Origin: Podospora anserina
Lineage: Eukaryota
Length of the DNA: 64,000 nt
Reading direction: 5' to 3'
Assembly: GCA_017654855.1 (NCBI GenBank)
Contig: CM030333.1
Location: 3,782,001-3,846,000, forward strand
Positions 11,573 through 23,700 of the stretch are shown here, in pieces; the first letter of the stretch is position 1; each line of letters starts with the position of its first letter. Both the position numbers and the translations under genes were made by a program. Below the pieces are notes generated by a model that was not told the DNA's origin, searched no databases, and saw only the letters and a program-made list of their open reading frames with translations.

Positions 11573-13116
11573 ATGGCCTCAAGGAGCTTTCTAACCGACC
11601 GGCAGGCTGAAGAGCTGTGTGTTTCCCCCCACCAATAAACCCTCTATTATCTCTATCCCAGAAAAAACATGACATAGATAGCTAACCAAAATCCAGACAC
11701 AAATCCATCATCGCCTACCTCACCTCCCTCAACCTCGCCACCACAGCCAACACCCTCCGCGCCGAGCTCAACCTCCCCGAAGAAACCTTTGACCTCGCCA
11801 AAGCAAAACAATACGAAGGCCTCCTCGAAAAGAAATGGACCTCGGTCATCCGCCTCCAGAAAAAAGTCCTAGACCTCCAAGCAGAGAACGCCCACCTCAA
11901 GAACGAGATCGAAAATGCCGGTCCTTTAGCCCTGTCGAGAAAGAACCAGGACCCAGCCAATTGGCTCCCCAAGGGACCGCCACGATACACCCTCGAAGGC
12001 CACCGCCTGCCCATCACCTCGGTAGCCTTCCATCCTGTCTTTAGCTCTTTGGCCTCGGCATCAGAAGACAACACGATCAAAATCTGGGATTGGGAGCTCG
12101 GAGAGTTGGAAAGGACACTCAAAGGGCACACCAAGGCAGTCTTAGATGTGGATTTTGGCGGGCCGAGGGGGAATACCCTCCTTGCAAGCTGCAGTTCCGA
12201 CATGAGTATTAAGCTGTGGGATCCGGCGGATCAGTACAAGAACATCAGGACACTACACGGCCATGATCATATTGTGAGCTCGGTGAGGTTTGTTCCTGCG
12301 AATGGCACTGCTGGGGCGGGAGGGAATTTGCTCGTGAGTGCGAGTAAGGATAATACGCTGAAGCTGTGGGATGTGACGACGGGGTATTGCGTCAAGACGA
12401 TTGAGGGGCATAATGACTGGCCGAGGGCGGTGGCGCCGTCGGCGGATGGGAGGTGGCTGTTGAGCACCGGGAGTGATAAGGCGGCTAGGTTGTGGGATAT
12501 TGGGGGGACGGAGCCGGAGTGTAGGGTTGTTATGTTTGGGCATGAGAATTTCAACGTATGTGCCCCCATTTTTGTAACCTTTCGTCTCTGATTTGATATA
12601 CTGACGTGGGTCTGATAGTTGTGCTGCGAATTCGCACCCTCAACTTCATACCCCCATCTCGCCCGCCTCGCGGGACATGAAAAGGTGCCCCCGGCAAACA
12701 GTGCTGCCGAGTTCATGGCGACGGGCTCGCGTGACAAGCAAATACGGCTGTGGGACAGGAGGGGACAATGTATCAAAGTGCTAGAGGGCCATGACAACTG
12801 GGTCCGAGGTCTGGCCTTTCATCCAGCAGGCAAGTTTTTGATCTCGGTAGCAGATGACAGGACGATGCGCTGCTGGGATTTGAGCCAGGATGGGAAATGT
12901 GTTCAGACCCTCTCTGGCATGTTTGACGGGTTCGTGAGCTGTGTGAGGTGGGCGCCGGGAATCACTAAGGATGGGCTTGCTGGTGGGGATGCTGGTGATG
13001 GCACGCCGAAGAAGAAGACAGGTGCCGAGGCGAATGGCGGGGTGCAGATGCGGTGTGTGGTTGCGACTGGGAGCGTGGATGGGACGGAAGGCAAGGTGAG
13101 GATATTTGCCAATTGA
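11573..13116 (+). CDS. PAC1: Nuclear distribution protein NudF/LIS1 (LisH + coiled coil + WD40)
   Basis: Exons 11573-11616, 11697-12555 and 12619-13116. [23 protein letters not shown] (LisH), [20 protein letters not shown], then WD repeats ([42 protein letters not shown]). Confidence 0.95.
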
Positions 13117-13296
13117 GTCTTTGGGACCAATGCAGTGTCGAAGCGGGCAAATGGCCAACATAGAGTATGAATAGGGTTTCAGGCAACATCATCAGCATCA
13201 TTCGCATTCAGCATATTAGGGGTATGCTATAGTAAGGTCGTTGCCGTGGGTGGCTACAAGAAAGCGTTAATGTTAATGTTTACACATTTATCGTTG

Positions 13297-14718
13297 TTAC
13301 TCTTCCACTTTGATGTGTTGTTCCTCCACATGTTGTTCTGGTAGTGGCTCTGGTACTGGTTGTGCTGGTGGTTCTGGCTGTTTCTCGGGCACTTGCGGTT
13401 CTGGTGCGTCCTTGACAACCTGCCACCGATATGCAACCGCCCACCTCCCCAGCCCACCCTCTAGTTCAACGTCCCAAGCAGGCGGCACAACGGCCACCAC
13501 CGTCCCAACAGCTAGACGCTCCTGTCCGTTTCTTTTATCCGTACTGCGCCGATCTAGACCATGATCAACTCTTTCCAAGGAGCCTATCCTCCCATCACCA
13601 GCCAAAACAGCTTGCATACCAGGTGTTCCTACTCGCGCGTTAGGTAAAGCCGCACTGATGAGACTTAACCCCTCCCCTCCTCTCTTTACATCCTCCACAG
13701 TTAGTTGGACTGCCCCTGGTGGTAATGGTTGTGGCGCGTCGGCCTCTTGTTTGACAGGGGTGTCTGTATATTCTGATGTTTTTTTCACCTCAATAAGCCA
13801 ATTTTGGAGTTCAGCCGCCAATCCATTGGTGAGATACTGGCCCTGCCCCCGACGATTGCGGCCCCGGCGAGGTTTGGGTGGAGAAAAGAGATCAGGATTT
13901 ATGTTCTGGATGGAAAACTTCTTCGAGTCGGAAATAGGCGAGGTGGATGTTGGTGGTGATAGGGGTTGCAAAAAGCGAGGTGGTGGGTAAAAGATTTCTT
14001 TCCTTGCAGGTCTGGTGTCTTTGTCTGGCGGTGGTTTAGCTTCTGAGTCGGACTCGCTGTCGGATTTTATGTTCAGAGGGGAAGAGTGAGGTATTGGGGG
14101 TTCGTCATCATCGTCATCAGAGTAGATGGTGATGATGTGGTCGATTTCTGGGTCATCGTTTGGGGGTAGCTCATTGTCTGAGTCCGAGTCGATCGGAAAG
14201 GCAGAGCTTGGAATCCATTCTTCCTTTGGTTCGAGGTCGGGCTCTGATGTGGCAATGGATATTCTTCTCCTTTTTGGTAAGGGGCCGGGGTCAACCTCCT
14301 CGTCATTGTCCCCTGGCTCTGGGAGAGAAGACTGTGGGACAAGAGACGAGTCTATGTCGATTGTTTCTGGTAAGTTGTCTCGGACAGCAGTTGTTCTTGA
14401 TGGTGACGGCTCCTCTTCATCATGTCGACTACGCTCCTGATCTTGAACGGGAGAACTATCTTCTATAAGAAGTTCTTGTGTAGCGCGAGCTCTCGATGCC
14501 TTGGCCTTGAGAGCCAACGCAGGAGTTGAGTAGGGCGCGGCATGGCTGAGATGCGAGAGCGGTTTTGTGGTAGATGAAAATTTTGGAGTGCCGTAGAATC
14601 TATAAGGTGCAGCCGAGCTTGACTGGTTTGGTGTTCGGCCGTGAGGTTGATGTGTGCCTGGTCGTTTTGAGAGCAGGAACCGAGAGGGTGCTGGTGTCTG
14701 ATTGATGTTAGTGGTCAT
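13297..14718 (-). CDS. Hypothetical protein: long disordered N-terminus with a C-terminal beta-rich (OB-fold-like) domain
   Basis: Single open frame of more than 470 codons. Start uncertain (ATG at 14718 or 14763). Acidic/Pro-rich region, NLS-like PKRRR, and a C-terminal YLTNGLAAEL...GTVVAVVPPAWDV...WAVAYRW. Confidence 0.75.
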   Translation of the reverse strand: MTTNINQTPAPSRFLLSKRPGTHQPHGRTPNQSSSAAPYRFYGTPKFSSTTKPLSHLSHAAPYSTPALALKAKASRARATQELLIEDSSPVQDQERSRHDEEEPSPSRTTAVRDNLPETIDIDSSLVPQSSLPEPGDNDEEVDPGPLPKRRRISIATSEPDLEPKEEWIPSSAFPIDSDSDNELPPNDDPEIDHIITIYSDDDDDEPPIPHSSPLNIKSDSESDSEAKPPPDKDTRPARKEIFYPPPRFLQPLSPPTSTSPISDSKKFSIQNINPDLFSPPKPRRGRNRRGQGQYLTNGLAAELQNWLIEVKKTSEYTDTPVKQEADAPQPLPPGAVQLTVEDVKRGGEGLSLISAALPNARVGTPGMQAVLAGDGRIGSLERVDHGLDRRSTDKRNGQERLAVGTVVAVVPPAWDVELEGGLGRWAVAYRWQVVKDAPEPQVPEKQPEPPAQPVPEPLPEQHVEEQHIKVEE

Positions 14719-14944
14719 CTCATACGCGATTGAAAGAGAACTTACTGCTGGCGATGGACCCATCTGATGAATCAATACAGGATGAACAAATCAGTCACGG
14801 GTGTACTTAGTATACGGTTCCTGAACAGATCAAAATCATTCATCATTAAGGTTGTATATCTGGAAAACTGTAACAGGCAGCACCCAGTGCTCGAGTTGAT
14901 GAGTGAGCGGCCAACAGCGGTGATCCAGCCTTCCCCTAACCCTG

Positions 14945-15114
14945 CGCGTCGTCAGCATTGGGAACTGGCTACGGTGGGCACAACGCCAACCAGTTTGGTA
15001 ACTTTTGTTTCCACTCTTGGCCCAAGCTCCCAACCCAATTTGTAAAAGCACTTTAACAACAAGCCCGACCCCACTCCGCGTCATGTTAGCGCGCCGCGTC
15101 CAGGGCGTCGCGTA
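14945..15114. promoter_or_regulatory. Cluster of four MCB-like (ACGCG core) elements in a bidirectional promoter
   Basis: CGCGTC at 14945, 15077 and 15095, and CGCGTA at 15109, between two divergent ORFs. Confidence 0.55.
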
Positions 15115-15302
15115 AACTCTTGAAGGCTTGCCTTCAGCTGCCTGGTCTCCCCCACCAACTCATTCTTTGTCCACAGCATCCGCCAACAGACCACCGCCAA
15201 AATCGACCAAATTTGCCACTTCACCGTATACCCAAGGAAGACCCCTTCAGCTGGATGCAAGATAGAACACTTCTACCAAAAAAAAAGACAACACCAGGCG
15301 CC

Positions 15303-16187
15303 ATGTTCGCTATGGTTGACCCAGCCGTGAACAGCGGTTTCCAAAGTTTTGGCGGTAACAATCAGCACAGCAGTTTCGTCTTTTCAAGTCCACACAAGCC
15401 AGCCAAATCATCACCTCTCTCTTATGCCCCCATGAGGATACCTTCACCGACATTGCCATCAGACGATGCCCCTGACATGATGCTTTCGTCCCCTCTTGGT
15501 CCCTCGTCAGATTCATCCCATCTTCGCATGAGCCAGTCCTCGCCAATACGGTCCTCATTTGACAATAATGAGAGCTCCGGACCACAACCAAAGTTCAGAT
15601 TTGCCAATCGGAACCCAGCAAAGAACAGCAATCCTCTAGTCAAAAAGCGGAACGATGTACAAGACTCGAGACGAAGACTCTTTCTCAATAATGTACGGCA
15701 GAGGCAGGAGGACAAAAAGTTTCAGCGACGGGGTGGACAGGATGAGGTTCGTTATTTGCCTTCCACCTGTACTTTTCTCTTCTCCCAACTAACAGCCCCT
15801 GGACAGATTGCCAGATTAGAGTTCAACCGTCTCCAGAACGAACGCCTCGCCTATCTTGACCGAGAACGAGCCAAAAACCCTTATGCACTCTGGGAACAAG
15901 AGCTTGAGGACGAGCATCGCAGCTTGCAGTCACAGCAACGGCAAATGCAACAACAAAATCCAGACGAAATGATGCTGGATGCATTGGAAGAGGCAGAGAT
16001 GGCCGAGATTGCCCAAGCAGAGGCGTTGCTTCACCAGGACAACAACTCCTCGAGACATATCAATCAGGATGACTCTTTCGATGATGACGAGGATTGGGAT
16101 GAGTTGTTCATGGAAGCGATCCAGACTTCACAGCAACACCATATTCAAGGACAACAATCGGGCGGGCAAGATGTGGAGATGTCTTGA
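15303..16187 (+). CDS. Hypothetical protein (Ser/Pro-rich N-terminus, basic helix, Gln-rich/acidic C-terminus)
   Basis: GCC-ATG at 15303. A 60-nt stop-free intron spans 15747-15806 (GTTCGT...CTAAC...CAG). Motif DSRRRLFLNNVRQRQEDKKFQRRGG. Confidence 0.7.
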   Translation: MFAMVDPAVNSGFQSFGGNNQHSSFVFSSPHKPAKSSPLSYAPMRIPSPTLPSDDAPDMMLSSPLGPSSDSSHLRMSQSSPIRSSFDNNESSGPQPKFRFANRNPAKNSNPLVKKRNDVQDSRRRLFLNNVRQRQEDKKFQRRGGQDEVRYLPSTCTFLFSQLTAPGQIARLEFNRLQNERLAYLDRERAKNPYALWEQELEDEHRSLQSQQRQMQQQNPDEMMLDALEEAEMAEIAQAEALLHQDNNSSRHINQDDSFDDDEDWDELFMEAIQTSQQHHIQGQQSGGQDVEMS

Positions 16188-16771
16188 TTATGATACTTCA
16201 CGTTGTCTTGAGTTGACGAATTACATATGGCACTGTACATTGGAAGGCATATATGCCCCGTTGTAAGAGATGGATATACCCAGCAGAGAAACGGGTTACT
16301 GAGAGTGGAACAACATATCGATGGTTTACATGTTTGGGCGCATGGCATACTGGACATCAAGGAGTTATTGGAGTCTGGAGATACTTTCATGCATTGAGAA
16401 GCGGCGTCGGCTTCCAGGTAGGCTGACTTAATTGTATTATAATAGAATAATGCTGTATCAAAAAGAAGTATGAAAGAATGGCTTTACACGACGACTGTAC
16501 TCCGTACAAGTGTTCAAAATATGGTCCGTGCACTGTGATTGCGTTCGAACCCGGCGAATAGCGTGGTTCAAAATTTGGGGAACCGGGAACCGGGACCCGG
16601 CCGAACAGCTGAGGGGCACTGGGCCGCTCCGGAGTTGTCACATGCCAATGAGCCGAGAGTGCCTTACGTCTTGAGATAACTTACTTCACCTCGACTACAT
16701 AGGGGAAGTACCTATCACAAGGCGCGGCGCAGGTACCTTGCGTATAAAAGCAGGCCAACTGTTTGGGAAAT

Positions 16772-18018
16772 ATGTCGGAACAGCAAACCAACAGCGCTGC
16801 GGCACCTGCCGCCGCTGCTGCTGCTGCTGCTGTCAAGCCAGATGCGACTCTCCCCACCACAACCACTACTCCGGCCGCTACTATCACCGCCCCAGTTGTT
16901 CAAGATGGGAAGAAAGCGGTAACAGTTGAAGATGTCGCCGACGACGACGACGACGTCCCCGACCCGGATGAAGACGACCTGGATGATCTGGACGGTAAGC
17001 TTCATTTACCCCTCACTTCTTCTCACTCCAACCCCGTTCACTAATACCCTCGTCAGACATGCTCGAGGAATTCAACGCCGTCAAACTTGGACCCCCCTCC
17101 AAGCCCCCAGCAGCCGCCCCATCCCTAGGCCCAGAACGCCCCCCATCCAGTGGTGATGGTGGTGACCTCCCCCTGGACGAAGATGAATTCGCCCGCCAGC
17201 TCCAAGCAGGCATGGCCGACCTTCTAGGTGAAATCGAGTCCTCCCCCGAGATGCAAGCCCAGTTCGAGTCCATCTTCAAGGAGCTCGGCGCCGCTGCCTC
17301 CGCCGCTGCCTCCCCAGATCCCAAATCCCCCTCAGCAGGAGCTGCTGCTGCTGCTGCCCCAACTCCCCCCGTTGTCCCCCCCCCTAATATTCGCCCCCCA
17401 TCTAGCAGCGGCAGCGGTGCCGGCGGTGCTGAAGCCTCCTTTCAAGAAACCATCCGTCGCACCATGGAGCGGATGCAAACTTCGGGGGAGCAAGCTACTG
17501 CTGCTGCCGCCGCGGAGGGATCGGACGACTTCCTTGCGGAGCTCCTCAAGCAAATGCAGGCTGGCGGTGGCGGGCTGGGTGATCTCGGTGGGGAGGGGAG
17601 TGAAGAGGAGTTTTCCAAGATGCTTCTAGGTATGATGGAGCAGCTCACCAACAAGGAGATCCTCTACGAGCCGATGAAGGAGCTGCATGACAAGTTCCCC
17701 GAATGGCTGGAGAAGAATCGCGACAAGACGTCGGCCGAAGATCTCAAACGATATGAGGAGCAGCAGGGGCTTGTGGCGGAGATTGTGGGCAAGTTTGAGG
17801 AGGCGGGGTACAGTGATGAGAAGCCGGCGGATAGGGAGTATATTGTTGATCGGATGCAAAAGGTATGTCTTCATCTAATCGCATCTGGACGAGGTATGAT
17901 GCTGACCAAAGGGGAATAGATGCAAGCAAGTGGTCAGCCGCCAGCGGATTTGGTGGGGGATATGCCCTCTACGCAAGACGCGCTCGCCATGCCAGATGAG
18001 GGGTGTGCTCCTCAGTAG
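16772..18018 (+). CDS. PEX19: Peroxisomal membrane protein receptor/chaperone Pex19
   Basis: Exons 16772-16994, 17057-17862 and 17920-18018. EDDLDDLDDMLEEF (Pex3-binding), MMEQLTNKEILYEPMKELHDKFPEWL, MQKMQASGQPPADL, and a terminal CaaX motif, CAPQ*. Confidence 0.96.
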
Positions 18019-18807
18019 AGGTTGGGAAACGGTACTATCATAGATGGTTGATTTTCAGTTTGTCATGTTCGACCATTTGAAAGAGAGCGAGATTTGTTGT
18101 CTTTAGAACTGTTGAGCTTGTTAGATATCTAGCGCTGGGCACACATGTTTGTTTTAGTTCATCACCGAAACCCACGGGTTGTACACAAGTATATAACAGA
18201 ACAGCATTATGATTCGCAAAGCTCCCCCATCCTGAACGCTGAAGTGCATTAGTCCTCCAGACCCATTCCACTGAGGCATTCCATGGCAAGCACAAACAAG
18301 AGGTCTTGCTCTAAACTCAGGAATATAGGTAGGCTGACAGGCAATATTATGACAAAACACTCAAAAACATTTTCTTTATTGGAGTATCACTTCATTACCT
18401 ATTATTCGACATCACCACACCACACATTCTACAATCAAAGCGCAGTAACAAATATTTTGATCCGGTATATTTCCCAGTAGCTAGGCTTATCACAGCTGTG
18501 TTGTTTGGTATCAAAAGACTCTTGAAAAAGGAAAATCCTGTCCCTGTCCCATATCCACCCCTGACACCCACACTCCCTTTCCTTCCCTTACTCATAACAT
18601 TACCCAGAGATATCCTTCATACCTCCAATGGGGGGGTATATCATCAAATGCTTCCCCATCGAAATTATACACACAAGGTGGTATCCCATCACAATCAATA
18701 AAATCATTAACCAGTATATATACCCATACTAACGGACATATACTGCGGCCCCGTGGTAGAACGCAGGCCAAAAAGTAAAGAACAAGCACATTAAGACTTG
18801 TCTTTAT

Positions 18808-20732
18808 TCAAGCAACAGAGTCCTTCTTCTCATAAGCCTGGGGCTCGGAAGAATTGCCGCCAACATCTCCCTTAGGAAGCATGTTGAGCTCATCTTCTTG
18901 GGCATCGAGGCCACGGAATTGGAGCCAGAAGCAGAGACCACCGATGGCGGCGGCAATGGCAACGACTCCATAGTTCCAGACGAGAAGCGGGTCGCCAGCA
19001 AGGGGCACCAGCGCGAAGCCGATGGCAGACGAGATGGCATTCATGAACAGACAGACAGACTGAACCATGGAGCGCATGTTTGCGGGAGCCTTGGAATGGG
19101 CATACTCCAAGCTGGTAATGGAGGCCAGAATCTCGGAGAAGGCGATGAGAACGTAAGAGCCGGTCTGGGCCCAGACGCTGATCTCGACATTGGGGCACTT
19201 GATTGTCTTGCCGTCAGAGCCAAGCAACTCGGCACCGTCAGGACCAAGCATATTGCCGCTGGCATGGTTGCCGCACTCGCTCTTCTGGTAGAGATAGTAC
19301 TGAAGAACGCAGGCCCAGATCATGGCGCTGGCAGCAACGAAGTAACCGGCAGCGATACGCTTGATGGGGGTGAAGTTGATGCGGAGCTTGCGAAGGGCGG
19401 GGAACACAAGGGTATCCATGAGGGGGATCATGATGATCAGAGCGAAGGGGTTCAAGTTGGTCAAGACGTCGTTGGGGACACCGCCGAGCTTCATGGTGGC
19501 AGCTTGCGAAATCAAGTTATTGTTAATCTGATTGTAGCAGAGCCAGAAGAGTGGGTACCACATGAACACAGCGCAGGCATTGAAGCCACGGCGAACCTCA
19601 TCAACCCCTGATTTATGTTAGCTATAGTTCGAAGCAAAAGGTTGAGATGGCGACAAAACTTACAGGCGTCGTTGAAGTCCATCCACTTGGGCTTGTTCTG
19701 AATCTTGGAGGGCTTGACGTTCTCCCAGAAGGTACCGTCGTGGAGGTTCTTGTAGGTCTTGACGGGGTTGAGGGACCAGCGGCCCTTGTTGGCGAGGGCG
19801 AAGATCTTGAAGGCGCGGCCGAGAACTGAGCCAGCGGGCGGGACACGCTTGTAGCGTCTGCGACCCCAGAGCATAACCAGGGGGCAGAAGCACAACATGA
19901 TGGTTGGGAGAGTGTAAGAGAGCCAGAAGCCGACATAGTGCTCGCAGTAGACCATGCTGAGCTGACCAGCGAGAGCACCGAGGTTGATGAAGAGGTAGAA
20001 GTAGTGGTAGACACGGGAAGCGGTGGCCGCAGGGTCGACGATGACGCGCTCACCAGTCGGCAGGGTGCGAATCACCATTCTCTCGAGATCAAGCTGCTCA
20101 ACAATCAAGGGGTTGACGTTGGGCTTGAAACCACCGGTACCGACACCCATAGTGATGATGCCGAGAGTGAAGGCAGCCAGCGCACCATTGGGGTTCTTGA
20201 TGACAGGGGGAAGACCGGAGATGATGAGAAGGATGTGACCGATGATATCGATACCGAGGGCGGCACCGATGGTTCTGTAACGACCGAGCCAGCTGTCGGC
20301 AACGTAGGCACCGAACAGAGGCATGGTGTACTGCCAGAAAGCATTGAAGGTCGTCAACGAGAACGAGGTTCTCTGACCCAAGCCGAGGGCACCGGCTTGG
20401 CCATTCTCGATGTCGTAGCTAGCACCTGTGGTGGAGTTGTCTGGCAGCTTCTGCTGAATGAAGTTGGTGAAGACGGCAGTGGTACCGTAGTAGGAGAAAC
20501 GCTCGCACAACTCGACGAAGGCGATGGTGTAGATGCTCCAGGGAATCTTGTCGGGGATGCGGCGGAGGGTGTGAAGCTCCTCGTCGGTGGGAGATCTGCC
20601 ATCGGCGCTGACACCGAGGTCGTCGTCCTCGACTGTGCTGCTGAGGACGGGGGCCAAGCCGGCCGCCTCCTTGTCCTTCACGATGGCCTTGACATCGTCG
20701 CTCACGGCGATGCTCGTGGGGTCGGACGCCAT
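18808..20732 (-). CDS. PTR2: POT/PTR-family di/tripeptide transporter
   Basis: Exons 20732-19664 and 19607-18808. ELCERFSYYG, GAYVADSWLGRYRTI, GTGGFKPN, FYLFINLG and EYAHSKAPANMRS; multiple TM segments. Confidence 0.95.
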
Positions 20733-23700
20733 GGTGGGCTGTGTGGGAAGCTCTCTCTGAATGGAACACTCAGGTGTTGCCTTGTCTCGTCTTTGGAGAG
20801 CGGCCGTAAGGTCGCCGGGTGCCAGGTGGATGGAGAGAGAGAGACTTGAGCCTGCCGTGTCTGAGAAGCGAAGCAGCAGGACGGCAGGTATTATATACGA
20901 CCCCGCGAGATATATTTTTCACCTTAAGCAACCAGTAGTGTGGCAAGCGAGCACCGCATGGGGTACAACTGCACCTGCCCTCCCTGCTGCCCTACCTTCC
21001 ATGGGTACAATCTGGGGCAGGAGCGACCCGAGGGCTCGAGTGATGGTCGAGTCTCGGCTCTTTCTCTGCATCGTATAGTATTCCCGCTCCCGGAGGTACC
21101 AACGGAAGGAACAACGGACCATGGACAGGGAAGGAATGCCCACCTCTGGAAAGTGCTCTGTCTTGGGATGGCTTGCCACCTTCCAAGATTGACCAAGAGC
21201 GCCAAGAGATAGATGAACAACGGGTTGCCTGCCGTTTTCCCCTCCAGTCAACCACAACCCGCCCCCTCTTTCGACGAAACGGCAACATGCTACTGGCGAT
21301 CCCTGGCCTGATATAGAGGGGTGGCATGTACACGAGGGTAATTGCCCCAATTGATCGAATCTAGATGCTGTTTCCGTCGAGCTCTGGTTTCCCCCCACGC
21401 ATTAGGTACACATTGTGCCAGTCTGGTATGTACTTATTTGTTTTACTTTGTCGACGTCTCAGCACAAGTGCCGACATGCCGAGAAACGCCATGCCGTTCA
21501 TGTTTGGGCGAAGCTTTCTCCCGCGCGCCTCTGCCGCTTGGCTGCGCGCCGCTGAGCGACACGGCGCAAAGACAAGTCGGCACAAGCTCCCGCAGGCGCC
21601 TTGGACCGTCTTGGGGGACTGGGGGATGTTGACCAGGGGTCGGGCTTTTGGTGTGAGAGGAACTTCCTAGATCGTCTATGCCCAGCCTCTTGGCACCAAT
21701 GCCCGCGCCGGATCGTGTGGGGACCCACCCGGTGCCTGTCAGCGAAAAATCAACGACATGAGCACCGAGGTGTGGCAACCCTGGAGGGGAACCGGCCGAC
21801 GACGACCTGATTGCCCTACGGAGAGCCCGCGGGCCGGACCAGACACCGTTATTCGACAAGTTTGAATACTGGAGGATTTAGAGCTCATCCTCACCATCAC
21901 AAGCGCCGGAGCATCATCACGGGGGCCTGCTATTGGGTCCGGGAATAGCGATGGCGAGAGGGGTCCCCATACAGCTATATGGGCTGATGGAAAGATCGTC
22001 GATGGGGTAGCAGTATACAGCCAAGTACTCCAGTGTCTGAAGTCCCTTGGGCGGACGGGACAACGGTTTGCCATGTGATGTCTGTCCTCTCTCATGGGAC
22101 GAACGTTTCGACACGAGCTTCGAGAACTTTTGCCTCTCATTGTTGATTGGAGCATCAAAAGACCCGAATGTTAGGGTGACGGTTCTGCCAATGCGGCTCT
22201 GGAAGCTTATTTGTGCATTCGCAGTTATCTCTCGGATTGCGCCATCTGCTCCCTTCCCACGACGATAACCAGTCAGTTCGAGCGAGATACTACGGCCATG
22301 GTGTCCCGTGGAGGCTCGACGCCGGGTATGTTTGCTTTTCGGTGTGCGCCGTCGCATCCAGGATTCCTAGGCCATTAGTTTTCCTCCTTCCTAAAGCGTG
22401 CTTCAACAACGACACACAGAAACAACCTCGGTCCACCATTGAGAAATCACGAAGAAAAGAGCATTCCAACCGTTGTCCAATGAAATGCTCACATTTCTCC
22501 AACAGCGAGGTATTTCTCGGTATTTTTGTATGGTTTAGTCCAATAGCTTCACCTGCTCACCGTTCACCGATGAGAGCAGGAGCCACGGAGCATACCTAGT
22601 GGTTGGGTGGAACGAGTACTGCGGAACCTGAAAAGTATGAGACAGGGACCTCATGATCAGGGCTGCTTGGCACAGATGGTCTAGGTATGTAACGGATGTC
22701 AGATGCGGGTGCTGTTGTTATCAAAAAGCGAGAATGCCACGCTGATGCACCTCTGCCTCTATCTTGTGCTCATGGTGCTGCCATGCAGTCGTTATCTTTT
22801 GGGGTAGTTGTTGCTCGTCGCGAGGGTGTGGTAGCGAGAGGGATCGGCTGATACATTGGCAATTACCTCGTCTTGTATGGCTGCCTTCTTCTTTCAGCGG
22901 CCGTATAATCGAAGCGTCGGTCACGCAAACAGCATGCGAGTGGTGGTGAGAATGCAACGGCTGAAGTGGTAGGGGGGAGCGGAAAAAAGGCGGGTCGTTA
23001 CAGTCCAAGTCACCTTCCGCAATAGGAAGTGCCTTTTAGTCACGGTCGATGCTCCTTCGCGACAGCACAGCTGCCAACGGAATAATGGCCTGAGGATGAC
23101 AATCCTCCCGATACTAAAACGTAAAGCTCGCAAAACTATGATTTTTGCGAGTCTCACCTGGGCTTCGATGTCTGCGCCGTGGGACCTACTTTATCTACTC
23201 TCGGACATGATACCGAGAAGGATTTATTTTTCGGATTGTGGGGGTTCTGGCAGTGACGTCAGACCTCCAACACAGCTCCGAATGCTTCGAGGGTTAGGGT
23301 CTATATCGACCCAACATCTGAATTGCATGATCAACAAGTCGGCCCTTTGCAACAGTCACATGCGGTGGATCGAGCCAACGACATTCTTCATCGGTCTGCC
23401 ACTTCCTACCTTCTCTTCCTAGATATCGCTGCGTTGTTGATGGCAATGCTGTGGCGTTAAGATTCTCGGTTTTTTGCAACAGCTTGCCCTTTCAGGTCCT
23501 TGCGCATCAAGCCGTCAGCAGGACCTCCAACATGCAAGTTCGGTGGCCCGTCCACTTTGGGCTTGCATCAGACTTATATGCCAAGATGCTTGGAAATAGA
23601 ACACAAAGTAGCGTCGGCGCTCGGCAGTTGTGCTTTCTTGAGCCGAAGTTCAGGGTTTTCATGGTGGATAAGGTAGGTCTTCTTACCTCGGTGAGCAGAG

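Noticed and set aside
16510-16640. tRNA-like B-box (GTTCGAACCC) plus GTTCAAAAT twice and a (GGGAACC)-type triplet upstream of PEX19
   Set aside because: No cloverleaf, acceptor stem or A-box could be built on either strand. At most an isolated TFIIIC-like site.
18898-20849. Long antisense ORFs (237 and 303 aa) over PTR2, and similar shadows over NTH1 and ADE4
   Set aside because: They are explained by strong codon bias in the sense genes and show no recognisable domains.
21739-22357. Minus-strand fragments faintly like a BTB domain (GRTVTLTFG; FRHWSTWLYT)
   Set aside because: The motifs are too short, in different frames and without splice support.
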